From: an uncultured Candidatus Saccharibacteria bacterium
GTDB lineage: Bacteria > Patescibacteriota > Minisyncoccia > Phycocordibacterales > Phycocordibacteraceae
Length of the DNA stretch: 64,000 nt
Reading direction: 5' to 3'
NCBI GenBank assembly: GCA_964446735.1
Contig: CAYUQB010000001.1
Location: 263,826-327,825, forward strand
Shown here: positions 8,573 to 16,525 of the stretch, piece by piece
How the letters are laid out: every line of letters starts with the position of its first letter
How positions within the stretch are numbered: the first letter of the stretch is position 1
Notes under the pieces: generated by a model
Databases searched by the model: none
What the model saw: the letters and a program-made list of their open reading frames with translations, nothing else
Told to the model about the DNA's origin: nothing
Made by a program: the position numbers and the translations under genes

Positions 8573-9730
8573 TTACTCAAGCGGTAGTTCGTCCGATCCG
8601 CGCCGAAACGCAGCAGTGTACCCCAGCGCTGCAATAGCACCGCCGGCCGCCATCATAAGCACGAACTTCACCAGTGGTCCGAGAACGGGAATGACCCCGA
8701 TCAGATAAAGCACCAGCATACCGAGCACTGCCTCCTTCCAGGTAACAACATGACGCCTCATGAGACGACTGCCGAGTGCGGCTCCCGCAAGAATGCCTGC
8801 GTATACGTACGCGAGTATGAGAAAGAGCGCGTAGGCGGCAAGGAGTATGAGTGCCACTCCGATACCAACGAATGACAGGAGAAGGATGAAGATGAGGACG
8901 GGCGCTGCGACAAAGATTCCAAACCCAAGGAGCGCGAGGAGAACGAAACTACCGGCAGATCTGCCGGTGAGCGTACGTTCCACCACTCGTTCGGTGAATA
9001 CGGGAAAGAGCCCGGCCATAAGTCCTGCAAGCACAAGTACTGCTGCCAGATGCACAATGAAGAGGATAGTGGCTCCAGCAACGGCAAAGGTATGTGCTTC
9101 TTCAGAGCTCGGAAGAAAGGCAGATGAACCGATATACGTTGCACCGCCGTCAATGGTTGCAGTCGAGGGAACGACGATTTCCTCGGGAGCGTTATAGCGG
9201 AGCGTGCCTCGCACCTGCGTTCCATCTGTAACCGTAATGTGGTCAGACGCCTCAACCGTCACATCACCGTTGAACGTACCCGCAAGCGTGATGTCGGAAC
9301 CGTACATCACTACCGGACCACCAGAACCAGTAAGACGAACGGTGCCCCCAGCGATGCGCGTATCAGTAGCGGTCGAGGAGGCAATAACCGTTCCTCCGGC
9401 AAGAATCAAATCACCGGCGACTGGCGCAAGCACACTCACTTCCCCGCCAAACGCACGCACATCACCTGCGACTGGCTTCTCGATACGAATGGTGCCACCA
9501 GCAAGCATGGCGTCGCCAGCGATCGGACCATTTGCAAAAATAGTCGCGCCTGCTGCGAGAAGATCTCCCGCAAGCGGAGCGACGACAGTAATGTCCGTAC
9601 CCGAGAGGTAGGCGTTGCCGGTAGAAACGTCAGAAAGCACCAGCGTGCGGCCCGTTTCAAGAGTAGAGGCGGACACCGCAAACGGGGCCAGGAGGAGGGC
9701 TATGCCGAGAGCGACGACGAGCCGGGACAT
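8573..9730 (-). CDS. Secreted beta-helical repeat protein (bactofilin/DUF4097-like repeats) with a C-terminal approx. 4-TM anchor
   Basis: Signal peptide MSRLVVALGIALLLAPFAVSA. Eight or more roughly 18-aa repeats of the form VAGD..AGGT.. Hydrophobic C-terminal third. ATG at 9730. Confidence 0.6.
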   Translation of the reverse strand: MSRLVVALGIALLLAPFAVSASTLETGRTLVLSDVSTGNAYLSGTDITVVAPLAGDLLAAGATIFANGPIAGDAMLAGGTIRIEKPVAGDVRAFGGEVSVLAPVAGDLILAGGTVIASSTATDTRIAGGTVRLTGSGGPVVMYGSDITLAGTFNGDVTVEASDHITVTDGTQVRGTLRYNAPEEIVVPSTATIDGGATYIGSSAFLPSSEEAHTFAVAGATILFIVHLAAVLVLAGLMAGLFPVFTERVVERTLTGRSAGSFVLLALLGFGIFVAAPVLIFILLLSFVGIGVALILLAAYALFLILAYVYAGILAGAALGSRLMRRHVVTWKEAVLGMLVLYLIGVIPVLGPLVKFVLMMAAGGAIAALGYTAAFRRGSDELPLE

Positions 9731-9747
9731 GGCCCGATGATAGCACG

Positions 9748-10194
9748 CTAGGAGGTAGGCGGAAGCGGGGGTGAATTGCCTCGAATGAGGCCATACGCAA
9801 CCACCGCAAGGAGCACCGCGATGGCAGCGGACGCAAGGCAGTAGATACACAGTGCGTCTATAAGCGCGAGCTGAACGTACACAAAATATGCGGACGCGAG
9901 GACGCCGACAACCGAAAGTGCCGCGATAATGCGATCAAGACCACGACTTGGGCGAATAAGGGTCAGGAACGTAACAAGAAGGAATAGGCCATAGAAAACA
10001 ACACCATAGACACCGAGCGGAATTCCGAAGAAATGTGCGTACGGGCTTTGAGCAACCACATTGCAATCATTCAGCCCGTTTATGTCACAGACGAGTTCTC
10101 CGCCGGTAAGCGCAGTATTTGCCAGATACCATGCATCGACCAGGCCGAGAACCGTGAGCGCGATGAGCAAAGAAATAAGCGTCGAGCGCTTCAT
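9748..10194 (-). CDS. Vitamin K epoxide reductase (VKOR) family disulfide oxidoreductase
   Basis: CIYC active-site motif in a TM helix and loop cysteines (CDINGLNDC). GGTAGG Shine-Dalgarno 9 nt before the ATG at 10194. Confidence 0.8.
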   Translation of the reverse strand: MKRSTLISLLIALTVLGLVDAWYLANTALTGGELVCDINGLNDCNVVAQSPYAHFFGIPLGVYGVVFYGLFLLVTFLTLIRPSRGLDRIIAALSVVGVLASAYFVYVQLALIDALCIYCLASAAIAVLLAVVAYGLIRGNSPPLPPTS

Positions 10195-10248
10195 TGTGCC
10201 CATCCTACCATGCCTGTTGCCAGAGATAGCTGGTGATATAGTTTTCCC

Positions 10249-10650
10249 ATGGAACCCGTAGAAAAATCAGAGGACGAGTGGCGCGCTGAGCTCTCGCCCG
10301 AGGAGTTTAACGTCCTTCGAAAGGGGGATACCGAGGCACCGTTTAGTGGAACGTACGTGGATAACCATGAAGATGGCACCTATCGCTGCCGTGCCTGCGG
10401 AAATATGCTTTTCAGCTCAAAGCAGAAGTTTGATTCGGGGAGCGGCTGGCCCTCGTTTACCGATCCGGCAGTCGCCGAGAATGTCGGCACACGGCCAGAT
10501 GATAGCTATGGCATGCACCGAACCGAGGTGTACTGCAAACGATGCGGGAGCCACCTTGGCCATGTATTCAATGACGGCCCGGAAGAATTAGGCGGAAAGC
10601 GGTACTGCATTAATTCCGTGTGCTTGGCGTTCGACAAAGAAGAAAACTAA
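10249..10650 (+). CDS. msrB: Peptide-methionine (R)-S-oxide reductase MsrB
   Basis: RCRACG...CKRCGSHLGHVFNDGP, the SelR/MsrB zinc and catalytic motifs. Confidence 0.9.
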   Translation: MEPVEKSEDEWRAELSPEEFNVLRKGDTEAPFSGTYVDNHEDGTYRCRACGNMLFSSKQKFDSGSGWPSFTDPAVAENVGTRPDDSYGMHRTEVYCKRCGSHLGHVFNDGPEELGGKRYCINSVCLAFDKEEN

Positions 10651-11129
10651 ATCTCATCATCCTCATCCAGAAGACTATCAAGTGCCGCATCTTCGCGTGC
10701 ATCCTTGAACGCCTGCATTTCCGCACCGATTCGGGCCATCTCGTCTTCTCCCACGTTCTCCTTTGCACGCGGTAGGAGATCACGTTCTTCCTCCTCGACA
10801 TGGTGGGCGATCGTTTCTTTGAGGAGGAGCATTTTTGCATCAAACTGCGAATCCTCCGGGTCAAGCCCATGCAACTCATCAATGATCGTCTTCGCCACAC
10901 CATGCTCGGCATATGCTTCCTCCACCAGGTTCTCATCACCTGACAACGCCTCTGTAAAAACCGGGTAGGCGATGGTCTCTTCCATTTCTGTATGTGCCTC
11001 AAGCTCATCCATGATGGAGTCTGCAAGTTCCTGCTTGCGTTCGTACTCCTCCTCATCGAGTGCTTCGTACTCGGTAAAGAGCGCTTCGACACGACGATGA
11101 TCTGACGTGATGAGTTCAATGGGATCCAT
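10647..11129 (-). CDS. Hemerythrin HHE cation-binding domain protein
   Basis: Acidic helical protein with SDHRRVE...H/E-rich hemerythrin-like motifs. Its stop overlaps the msrB stop (convergent). Confidence 0.7.
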   Translation of the reverse strand: MDPIELITSDHRRVEALFTEYEALDEEEYERKQELADSIMDELEAHTEMEETIAYPVFTEALSGDENLVEEAYAEHGVAKTIIDELHGLDPEDSQFDAKMLLLKETIAHHVEEEERDLLPRAKENVGEDEMARIGAEMQAFKDAREDAALDSLLDEDDEI

Positions 11130-11222
11130 ACAGAGTGTGGTTATTCTTAGACGAACGACGATGCTTGTATACGTACTAGCATATGATGCCGGAGTGAAGA
11201 CGTACGATGATAAACTGAGGAT

Positions 11223-11762
11223 ATGAAAGAGGTAGCTATCTTTGGTGGAGGATGCTTTTGGTGCACTGAAGCAGTGTTCAAGATGCTGCGAGGCGTTTCT
11301 GGGGTAGAACCAGGATACGCAGGAGGAGACCTACCGAATCCTACATACGAGCAGGTCACCACCGGAACAACTGGCCATGCCGAAGTGATCCGAGTCGAGT
11401 ATGACCCATCACAGATTTCGTACCGCGACCTCATGACTGTTTTCTTTGGAAGTCACGACGCTACCCAGTTGAACCGACAAGGGAACGATATAGGTACGGA
11501 GTATCGCTCAGCTATCTTCCCCACCACTCCCGAACAAGCAGCAGAAGCTCGCACCTTTATCAATGAGCTCCAGCAATCAGCACCCGAGGGCGATCCTATC
11601 GTGACGACTGTGGAAGAAGACACCACCTTCTATCCGGCCGAGGACTATCACAAGAATTACTACGCTCGCAACTCGCAGCAGGGCTATTGCCAGGTCATCA
11701 TTGCGCCCAAGCTCCAGAAGGTGCAGAAGGAATTTGCCGAGCTTTTGGCCTCTCATCAGTAA
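11223..11762 (+). CDS. msrA: Peptide-methionine (S)-S-oxide reductase MsrA
   Basis: GGGCFWC active-site motif. Confidence 0.9.
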   Translation: MKEVAIFGGGCFWCTEAVFKMLRGVSGVEPGYAGGDLPNPTYEQVTTGTTGHAEVIRVEYDPSQISYRDLMTVFFGSHDATQLNRQGNDIGTEYRSAIFPTTPEQAAEARTFINELQQSAPEGDPIVTTVEEDTTFYPAEDYHKNYYARNSQQGYCQVIIAPKLQKVQKEFAELLASHQ

Positions 11763-11885
11763 CGTTTTCCTCTCTGTGCGGTTATAGACAACAGAGGGCG
11801 CAGAGGCTTCCAGAGAACGTGATCCGGAGACAGATTCTTTGTCTCGCCAGTACCACCCCTGGCTTACCCATAACACCCATTCGCT

Positions 11886-12110
11886 ATGTCCGTATGGAAT
11901 GCGATAGGTATCGGGGTACTGATCATCGTCCTCAAGTTACTCGCCCCTACCGTTCTCTCACAAGGAGTATCGACGACTGTCACGCTTTTGGAAGGAGTCG
12001 AGGTTTCTGCTCAAGTTGCTTCTGGGTATGCTGCACGTGCTGCTACCTTGAATCAACCTGCCGTCCCTCCCTTTCCCCTTCCTCATGCGCGCCAAGTCGG
12101 TCCGTACTGA
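11886..12110 (+). CDS. Possible small membrane protein (74 aa)
   Basis: The N-terminal 25 aa form a TM helix (WNAIGIGVLIIVLKLLAPTVL). No clear RBS. It lies in a 440-nt gap otherwise lacking genes. Confidence 0.25.
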   Translation: MSVWNAIGIGVLIIVLKLLAPTVLSQGVSTTVTLLEGVEVSAQVASGYAARAATLNQPAVPPFPLPHARQVGPY

Positions 12111-12163
12111 ATTTTCCTTGAACACCACCCGCGCCTCCGCCGGGTGGTCTTCGCATATACGAA

Positions 12164-12185
12164 CAAAGGCCCGTCGGGGCCTTTG
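12164..12185. terminator. Terminator-like hairpin downstream of the DUF4383 gene
   Basis: AAAGGCCC-gtcg-GGGCCTTT about 20 nt past the minus-strand stop at 12205. A second hairpin (CCACCCG...CGGGTGG) lies at 12125..12147. Confidence 0.45.
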
Positions 12186-12204
12186 TCGATCATACGGACG
12201 ATGC

Positions 12205-12618
12205 TTACATCGTTCCTCCAGAAGGAGGCATGGCAGCTGCTGGCATCGGAGTGGAGGAACCACCCTTTGCAACGAATCCTGCCACGACGAGTACGACGCC
12301 AAGTACGACATGGAGCAGATGGTCTGCCATGTTGACCTGTACCAGACCCAAAAGCTCACCGCCATCAGGAACCATGAGGAAGCCGAGTACCGCAACGAGG
12401 AGGTACACGACGCCGATGACCTTGAGCCAGAGGGCTGATGCGCTCGAGGCCCAGAGACCTACACCAAGCAAGACAAGACCGAATACCAGGTGTACACCAT
12501 CGTGCACATGGTTGGTATCGAAGAACGCACCCATACCCACGAGCGGGTTGGGTACCCATCCGAGGATGCCCACGAGCACGAATACGATACCGAAGATTAT
12601 CGCAAGCGTTTTAGCCAT
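12205..12618 (-). CDS. DUF4383-like membrane protein
   Basis: Four TM helices. TNHVHDGVHLVFG motif typical of this family. Confidence 0.65.
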   Translation of the reverse strand: MAKTLAIIFGIVFVLVGILGWVPNPLVGMGAFFDTNHVHDGVHLVFGLVLLGVGLWASSASALWLKVIGVVYLLVAVLGFLMVPDGGELLGLVQVNMADHLLHVVLGVVLVVAGFVAKGGSSTPMPAAAMPPSGGTM

Positions 12619-12715
12619 AGGACTGTAATGTTATTTAGGATCCTCGAAAGGACCGTGCGTAAAGTATAGCTCTGGCAGCTGAATTTGGACGGGCCCGTGC
12701 GAAGCGTGTGGATAG

Positions 12716-13432
12716 CTAAAAGACCGACACGTTGAACCAGTGCCCGATGCCGTACGTGACGGCCATGGCAATAGCGCCTCCGATAACGATACGAAGGGTC
12801 GTACGGGTAGTCGGTGCGCCACTCACGCGAGCACTCACGATGCCGGTGATGACGAGCGCGACCAACACTGAGGCGAATGCTATCGGGATGCGAACCTCCG
12901 CAGGAGGAACCATGATAGCGATGAGCGGAATAATGCCCCCGATAGTAAAGGAAATTGCTGACGCGAACCCCGCATGCCAGGGGTTGGTGAGGTAATTCGG
13001 ATCGATACCAAGCTCTGCTTCCGCATGAGCTGCAAACGCGTCATGCGCCGTGAGTTCCGTAGCGACTTGCCGCGCCGTATCGGGAGTCAGTCCCTTCCGT
13101 TCGTAAATGGATGCAAGTTCGTCAAACTCACTTTCTTTGAAGTGGGTCAATTCGTATCGTTCTTTGGTGAGGAGTGCGCGTTCGGTATCACGCTGACTTG
13201 AAACCGATACATACTCTCCCGCTGCCATGGAGAATGCACCTGCAAGCAATCCTGCGACTCCCGTTACCAAGATGGTATGTGCGTCCGCAAAGGCACCGGC
13301 AACACCGACGACCAGTGCCGCCATCGAAATGATGCCATCATTTGCACCTAGAACTGAGGCACGTAGCCAATTGAGCTTCGCAGCAAACGATCCCGAATGA
13401 AGCTCCTTGTGGGTAGGAGTGTGACGAGCCAT
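12716..13432 (-). CDS. VIT1/CCC1-family iron/manganese transporter
   Basis: LRASVLGANDGIISMAALVVG signature and a C-terminal TM bundle. Confidence 0.8.
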   Translation of the reverse strand: MARHTPTHKELHSGSFAAKLNWLRASVLGANDGIISMAALVVGVAGAFADAHTILVTGVAGLLAGAFSMAAGEYVSVSSQRDTERALLTKERYELTHFKESEFDELASIYERKGLTPDTARQVATELTAHDAFAAHAEAELGIDPNYLTNPWHAGFASAISFTIGGIIPLIAIMVPPAEVRIPIAFASVLVALVITGIVSARVSGAPTTRTTLRIVIGGAIAMAVTYGIGHWFNVSVF

Positions 13433-13461
13433 TGCCCTAAACTATACCGTATACTGAACCC

Positions 13462-13923
13462 ATGACGCACAGCGCACAAAAAACTGAAGCACGTGCTTTC
13501 CTTGCTTCCCACAAAACCGGGGTACTCTCGACCATTTCTAAGGATCAACGCCCTCGGGGACGTCTTGTCTATTTCGCAAGTGATGATGAGTTCACTATTT
13601 ATTTCATGACGCTCGCAACCACACGGAAGATGGAGGACCTGACCTCGTATCCGCTTGCTGCGTTCACCGTCTCAGACGAATCAACGTTTCAAACCCTCCA
13701 GATGGAGGGGACGGTGGTAGATATCACCAACTCCCCTACCGACGACACCATCATCGAATCACTCTTCCATCGTCTTCAGGTTGAAGCTGGTCACTACCCT
13801 CCCCTTGCTCATTTGGACCGTGGCGATGTGAAGTTCTTCCGTATCGATCCTGAATGGATTCGCTGGGGCGATTTTGAAGGAGGCTTCAAATCCAAAGATG
13901 TGCTCTTCGAGCTCAGTTCCTAA
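13462..13923 (+). CDS. Pyridoxamine 5'-phosphate oxidase-like FMN-binding protein (general stress protein 26 family)
   Basis: PNPOx split-barrel-like sequence. TATACT hexamer at 13450..13455, so a possibly leaderless start. Confidence 0.65.
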   Translation: MTHSAQKTEARAFLASHKTGVLSTISKDQRPRGRLVYFASDDEFTIYFMTLATTRKMEDLTSYPLAAFTVSDESTFQTLQMEGTVVDITNSPTDDTIIESLFHRLQVEAGHYPPLAHLDRGDVKFFRIDPEWIRWGDFEGGFKSKDVLFELSS

Positions 13924-14341
13924 ACTGATTCGATCCTTCCTGTTCCCGTTCGTCTATCTCACCTTCTGAAAGTCCGAAGTAATGTCCGACTTCGTGCCAG
14001 AGAGTTTCTCGGACCGCGTGAGTGAGCGCGTCGTCAAATGAGGTGAGTTCAGGTCGTGCATGGAGGAGCTCCTGCGCTTCTTCAAGCAGTGGAAGTCGAT
14101 ACAGCGTAATGGTGTCCGGAAGCGTACCACCATATCCGTACGTCTCACCGCGTTCTATGGCCGGTATACCAAGATATCGGCCAAGAAGAGTGTCGTCGGG
14201 ACCGAGTCCTTCTTCCGTGCGTACTTCCTCACTCGGCTCGTCTTCGATAAGAAGCGCGACATTCGTGACCCGTGTCTTAAAGCGCTCAGGCATTGCCGCC
14301 CACGTGCGTGCCACGAGGGATTCAAATGCATCTCGGTCCAT
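13913..14341 (-). CDS. Zinc metallopeptidase-like protein (DUF1025/MtfA-like, HExxH)
   Basis: WHEVGHYFG HExxH motif. Internal start MDRDAFE (ATG at 14341), 2 nt after the upstream stop. Convergent 11-nt overlap with the preceding + gene. Confidence 0.6.
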   Translation of the reverse strand: MDRDAFESLVARTWAAMPERFKTRVTNVALLIEDEPSEEVRTEEGLGPDDTLLGRYLGIPAIERGETYGYGGTLPDTITLYRLPLLEEAQELLHARPELTSFDDALTHAVRETLWHEVGHYFGLSEGEIDEREQEGSNQFRN

Positions 14342-14343
14342 TG

Positions 14344-14922
14344 CTAGAAGCGTAGCAAATGGCGGAGCCAATTCCAGATACGATGGAAGACGCCGTTTTC
14401 GTTCGGGGGAACGGGAGGAGTACTGGTAGCGACAACCGGAGGAGTGGTAGTTCCAGGAGAAACAGTTCCGCTCCCGACATTCGTTCCTCCACCTCCCGGG
14501 AAAGGCTTTGGTTTTTCGTATGACGTGCAATAGCCGGGCTGCGGTTCATTCATACATGCGCGGAGCGTGCACATGGCATACCCATCGGTACCAATACTGC
14601 AATTATTGCACCCGTCGAACCACGCAGTGCATCCGGTGGGCGGTACATAGGGTTTGGGGTCTGTGGATACACCCTCGTTTCCGGTGCACTCTCCTGTATG
14701 CACGATTACGGCCTCATCAGCAGATGCCATGCAGGCGTTGCCGTACGTTTGATAAACCGGATTACAAGGAGCGCGAACGCACTGCACCTGCTTGGCAGCG
14801 CATACGGGGTCGTACTGCATCGTGCAAGCCATCGGGGTACGCGCGAATGCGGTAGCCGCAAAGACCTGTGCGAATACAATCGCGAGTATGGGAATAGCGA
14901 GATATCGTAGATCACTCAACAT
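14344..14922 (-). CDS. Secreted Cys-rich protein with a loosely Kazal-like domain (12 Cys) and a Gly/Pro/Thr-rich C-terminus
   Basis: Signal peptide MLSDLRYLAIPILAIVFAQVFAATAFA (ATG at 14922). YDPVC...TYGNAC pattern. Two 6-Cys modules. Confidence 0.55.
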   Translation of the reverse strand: MLSDLRYLAIPILAIVFAQVFAATAFARTPMACTMQYDPVCAAKQVQCVRAPCNPVYQTYGNACMASADEAVIVHTGECTGNEGVSTDPKPYVPPTGCTAWFDGCNNCSIGTDGYAMCTLRACMNEPQPGYCTSYEKPKPFPGGGGTNVGSGTVSPGTTTPPVVATSTPPVPPNENGVFHRIWNWLRHLLRF

Positions 14923-14956
14923 TGTCTGTAGAGACGGTTGAGGCATGACACTCTTA

Positions 14957-15172
14957 CTACTGCGGCTGCGGAATGCTGGGAGCGGTAAGCGTACCGTAAT
15001 TCTCTTCCGCGTCGATGGCCTTCTTGGCATTTACGAACGCATGGTACTCGTACCGTGTCCCGAGCCAAAACCCGACCGCAAACACTCCCACGAATAGTGC
15101 GACGGCGACGATTTGCGAAAGGCTGGTCACCTCATCCCACGAGATTTTCTTCATGTGTAGAGTGTAACGCAC
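14957..15172 (-). CDS. Small single-TM protein (71 aa or shorter)
   Basis: TM helix IVAVALFVGVFAVGFWL. Abuts the upstream gene with no gap. Confidence 0.45.
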   Translation of the reverse strand: MRYTLHMKKISWDEVTSLSQIVAVALFVGVFAVGFWLGTRYEYHAFVNAKKAIDAEENYGTLTAPSIPQPQ

Positions 15173-15667
15173 TTATTGCCCGTCAAAGTCACCCGGCCGA
15201 GAAAGTTTTGGCTCTGGTTCAGCGATCTCTTCAAATTCCAGAGGAGTATCGGCTTGCCCCAGCTTCCCATCCATCATTGCTCGCACAGTTTTCACGCTGA
15301 AGTAGAGAGACGCTAGCATGAGCAGCACAGCTGCCTCACGTGCAATGAAAAGCTGAGGACTTGCGATCTCTCGCTCAACAATCGCAAAGTATTCAAGCAG
15401 TACCACCGATACCGCCGCGATAGTGGCATTCGCGATCATCACATGCACGTTGCGCGCACTGGTAAGGCCCGCTAGAAGCACGAGGAGGAGCGCAGCCGCT
15501 ACCTGCAGCACAGTGCTGAATGGTAAGAGATCACCCCACATTGGCATCGCAAGCAGTGAGAGTATGGCGGTTGCAATGAAGAGCGAGCGCACGTAGTCGC
15601 CGTAGTAATGCGGGATCTCCTGACTCCAGGCGACTCCTGCCTTCCACGAGTTATATCCGTTATCCAT
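15173..15667 (-). CDS. Hypothetical 4-TM membrane protein
   Basis: Hydrophobic ORF heading a four-gene minus-strand operon. Confidence 0.5.
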   Translation of the reverse strand: MDNGYNSWKAGVAWSQEIPHYYGDYVRSLFIATAILSLLAMPMWGDLLPFSTVLQVAAALLLVLLAGLTSARNVHVMIANATIAAVSVVLLEYFAIVEREIASPQLFIAREAAVLLMLASLYFSVKTVRAMMDGKLGQADTPLEFEEIAEPEPKLSRPGDFDGQ

Positions 15668-15697
15668 ACGAATACTATACCACGCACTGTCAAGCGA

Positions 15698-15721
15698 CAG
15701 GCCCCGCGTGTGCGGGGCCTG
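15698..15721. terminator. GC-rich hairpin downstream of the dsbA-like gene
   Basis: CAGGCCCCGC-gtgt-GCGGGGCCTG perfect 10-bp stem. No U-tract. Confidence 0.35.
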
Positions 15722-15748
15722 TGCTTTCCCATGGGAAGGACGAGAACG

Positions 15749-16450
15749 CTATTTCTTGAGCTCTGCGTCTATGAGAGCAGCGACTTCTGCGTACGGGCGA
15801 GCACCGGTTAGAAGCGAGGTGCCGATAATGGTGCTCGGCGTGCTATTAAGCCCGAGCTTCTGGGCTTCTGCACGGTCGGCAGCGATAGCAGCATCGTACT
15901 GGCTCTTCTTCTGCTCGACGAGTGCAGCGACTTTCGCAACATCGACTCCTGGAATCTTTGCCGTGAGTGTCTTGATGGACTCAAGGTCACCAAACCCTTC
16001 ATCGCCTTCGTCATCCTGTGCTTCCATCATGGCCATGTACCACTGATAGAAATGATCAGGATATGCCTCCCACATAGCGCGTCCAAAGCGCGCACCATCC
16101 GTGGAGTCCTGGCCAAGGAATTGGAAGTCCTTGAAGACCACCTTTACCTTACCTTCCTTCACGTAGGTATCGTTGAGCTGAGACACGACGGCCAGATCAA
16201 ACTGCTTGCAGAATGGGCACTGGTAGTCGAACCAGAGGGCGATGGTCACCGGAGCGTTTGCACTTCCGATAAACGGACTGCCCTCGGTCTTTACATCCTT
16301 GATGTTTACCTTAACCGCCTGGGGACCATCCTGTCCCGAAGGTTTTCCTGCACCACCTCCGTACACGAGCGCAACGGCGACGATGATTGCACCGACGAGC
16401 ACCGCGACCGGTGTAAGGTACTTCTCCATAAACACGTTCTTAGAATCCAT
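15749..16450 (-). CDS. DsbA-family thiol:disulfide oxidoreductase (membrane-anchored thioredoxin fold)
   Basis: N-terminal TM helix. YQCPFCKQF CxxC active site. Confidence 0.8.
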   Translation of the reverse strand: MDSKNVFMEKYLTPVAVLVGAIIVAVALVYGGGAGKPSGQDGPQAVKVNIKDVKTEGSPFIGSANAPVTIALWFDYQCPFCKQFDLAVVSQLNDTYVKEGKVKVVFKDFQFLGQDSTDGARFGRAMWEAYPDHFYQWYMAMMEAQDDEGDEGFGDLESIKTLTAKIPGVDVAKVAALVEQKKSQYDAAIAADRAEAQKLGLNSTPSTIIGTSLLTGARPYAEVAALIDAELKK

Positions 16451-16525
16451 ATTTCTATAGCGATTTACAAGCCCTTATAAGCAATACGGAAAGTATACCG
16501 TATGGCTCTCTGGGGTCGAATTCGC

